Shown here: positions 62,423-64,000 of the stretch, one piece after another
Numbering within the stretch: the first letter of the stretch is position 1
Layout of the letters: each line of letters starts with the position of its first letter
Origin: Vicugna vicugna
Lineage: Eukaryota
Direction of reading: 5' to 3'
NCBI GenBank assembly: GCA_013265495.1
Contig: MU057560.1
Location: 1,128,753 to 1,192,752, forward strand
DNA: 64,000 bases
The notes under the pieces: generated by a model
Seen by the model: only the letters and a program-made list of their open reading frames with translations
Database searches by the model: none
What the model was told of the DNA's origin: nothing
Made by a program: the position numbers and the translations under genes

Positions 62423-64000
62423 TGAGGGAGATGTCTGAACAGGTGGAAAAGAACAGGGAAGCAATCCCAGTGAAAACAGAGCTGCAGGTGGAGCCCAGAG
62501 GCCCCGTTCACCGGCTGCGCACTTAGGGACCCATGAAGAGTTTGCGTCATCCAGCGGGCGAGGTGCTAGGCCCCGGAAGGGGACGCCAAGCGAGCGTGTG
62601 TTCCCCGTGTGCCGGGGACTGTCACACGCACTGTGTTCTTCTTAAGCAGGTGTGCAAGGTCCACATTATAAAACCGTTTTACTAGTGGGGAAAGTGAGCT
62701 TCAGAGCTGTAAGCGGCTGTGCCTTAGAGACACATGAATGATAATTATTTCCTTAAAAAAAGACAAAAATTGAATATTCCGCATGTGCTCATATTCTGGA
62801 GACATTAAAAGCAGAAAATAATTCATTATTCAATGTGTGAATGCCTTTTCCAGAAACAGAAACACGTAACCATGTGTCTCCAACCCACATCGCTCACGGC
62901 GGCTTTCCTGCGTCCCTCGGTAAGGGCTCTAAGCTCCGCCCGGCACAGCAGCTCTTCAGTTTAGATAGGCCATTCTGAATTCAATTCTCACTTCCTTGCA
63001 GGTGCTAACTTCTAAATCCCTGATCAAAAGCAGCTGTTAATTAAGGATACCCAATATCATTCTCGCCTCCAGCACACGTTAGCTCCAAGCTCCCTGCTCG
63101 AGCTCAAAGCTGGCTTGCTCTGCCCAGCAACTGCCAACTCGCCAAGATCGCGCTTCCCCACAGTGAGGTGGACAAGACCACGCTTTCTCCATTTGGGGGT
63201 AATTGTATTAGTTGTTGTGAAATTCACCGTAACGGTCTACATGGAGATCAGTTTTATGGAAAATACAACAATCGCAAAACCGTGAAGAACGGATTCGGGC
63301 AAAGCACACTCAAGATGGGCTTCCGGGCTCCCTCGGTGGCTCTTCTAATGGTTTTGATGGTGCGTCTGACAGTACAGCCAGGGGGGCTCCGCAGCACTGG
63401 ATTTGGTTCAACTAGAGAAAAATACGTAGATAATTGTGAGATGGTTACAGGTTTCTTTCTTGCTACTGTTGCTGTTATTTTTAAAATGCAGAGAAATAGG
63501 CAATAAACCATGAATACAGAATAACTTTGGAAAAACAGAGGATTCTTAAAAAAACCCAAAAAACTGCAGGTGGAGAAGGACTTCGGGCATGAGCTATGTT
63601 GTTCTGTTTCCATTCTTTGACCTGAGTTTGGAGAATTATATGATATGGGAGTGGCATGAAGGAAAAATGACAGGAATTTCCGGGTAGACATTTAGAAGAT
63701 GTGGTAGGAAGGACATAAGATTTACAGCTAGACAGACCTCAGTGCGAGCGCAGGTCCCCCTTGGCTTCTAGCTGCAGAGGTGCCGGTAAGCTTTGCTCTC
63801 ACTGCTGGTTCGGGTTTCTGCCTGTACCGTGGGAAACAACAGAAGCGCACAGGCAGCATCAGCGGCAGCTTCTGAGTGTTCGCACCCTGAGCAGCCTCCA
63901 GTGTCCAGCTCTAGATGGATTTTCTTTAACTTGGACATGCCTGTGTTAGGCCAGTGTCCAAACAGTGTTAGAAAGGATGGTTTTTAAATTGAACTATAGT

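Overview
Mammalian genomic DNA, most likely camelid (alpaca/camel), judged from two tRNA-derived Vic-1-like SINEs and lineage-type L1 3' ends. The window looks intergenic or deep-intronic. I cannot recognise any protein-coding gene: the ORF track is GC-rich chance ORFs plus decayed L1 ORF1/ORF2 fragments. The sequence is a mosaic of L1 fragments of several ages, L2, MIR, MER5/MER20/MER53 DNA transposon fossils, MLT1 pieces, a solo ERV LTR with a 7x CCAAT array, microsatellites, several CpG-rich patches (strongest at about 47.4-47.87 kb) and one 65-N assembly gap. The best leads are the NF-Y/Oct-loaded LTR, apparent AT-to-GC remodelling of ancient repeats, a compact ETS/E-box/TATA promoter with a candidate spliced 96-aa ORF, a 6-nt microexon-like signature, and motif clusters that look like enhancers. 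Repeat family names come from recalled consensus sequences and boundaries are approximate. No novel system is demonstrated.
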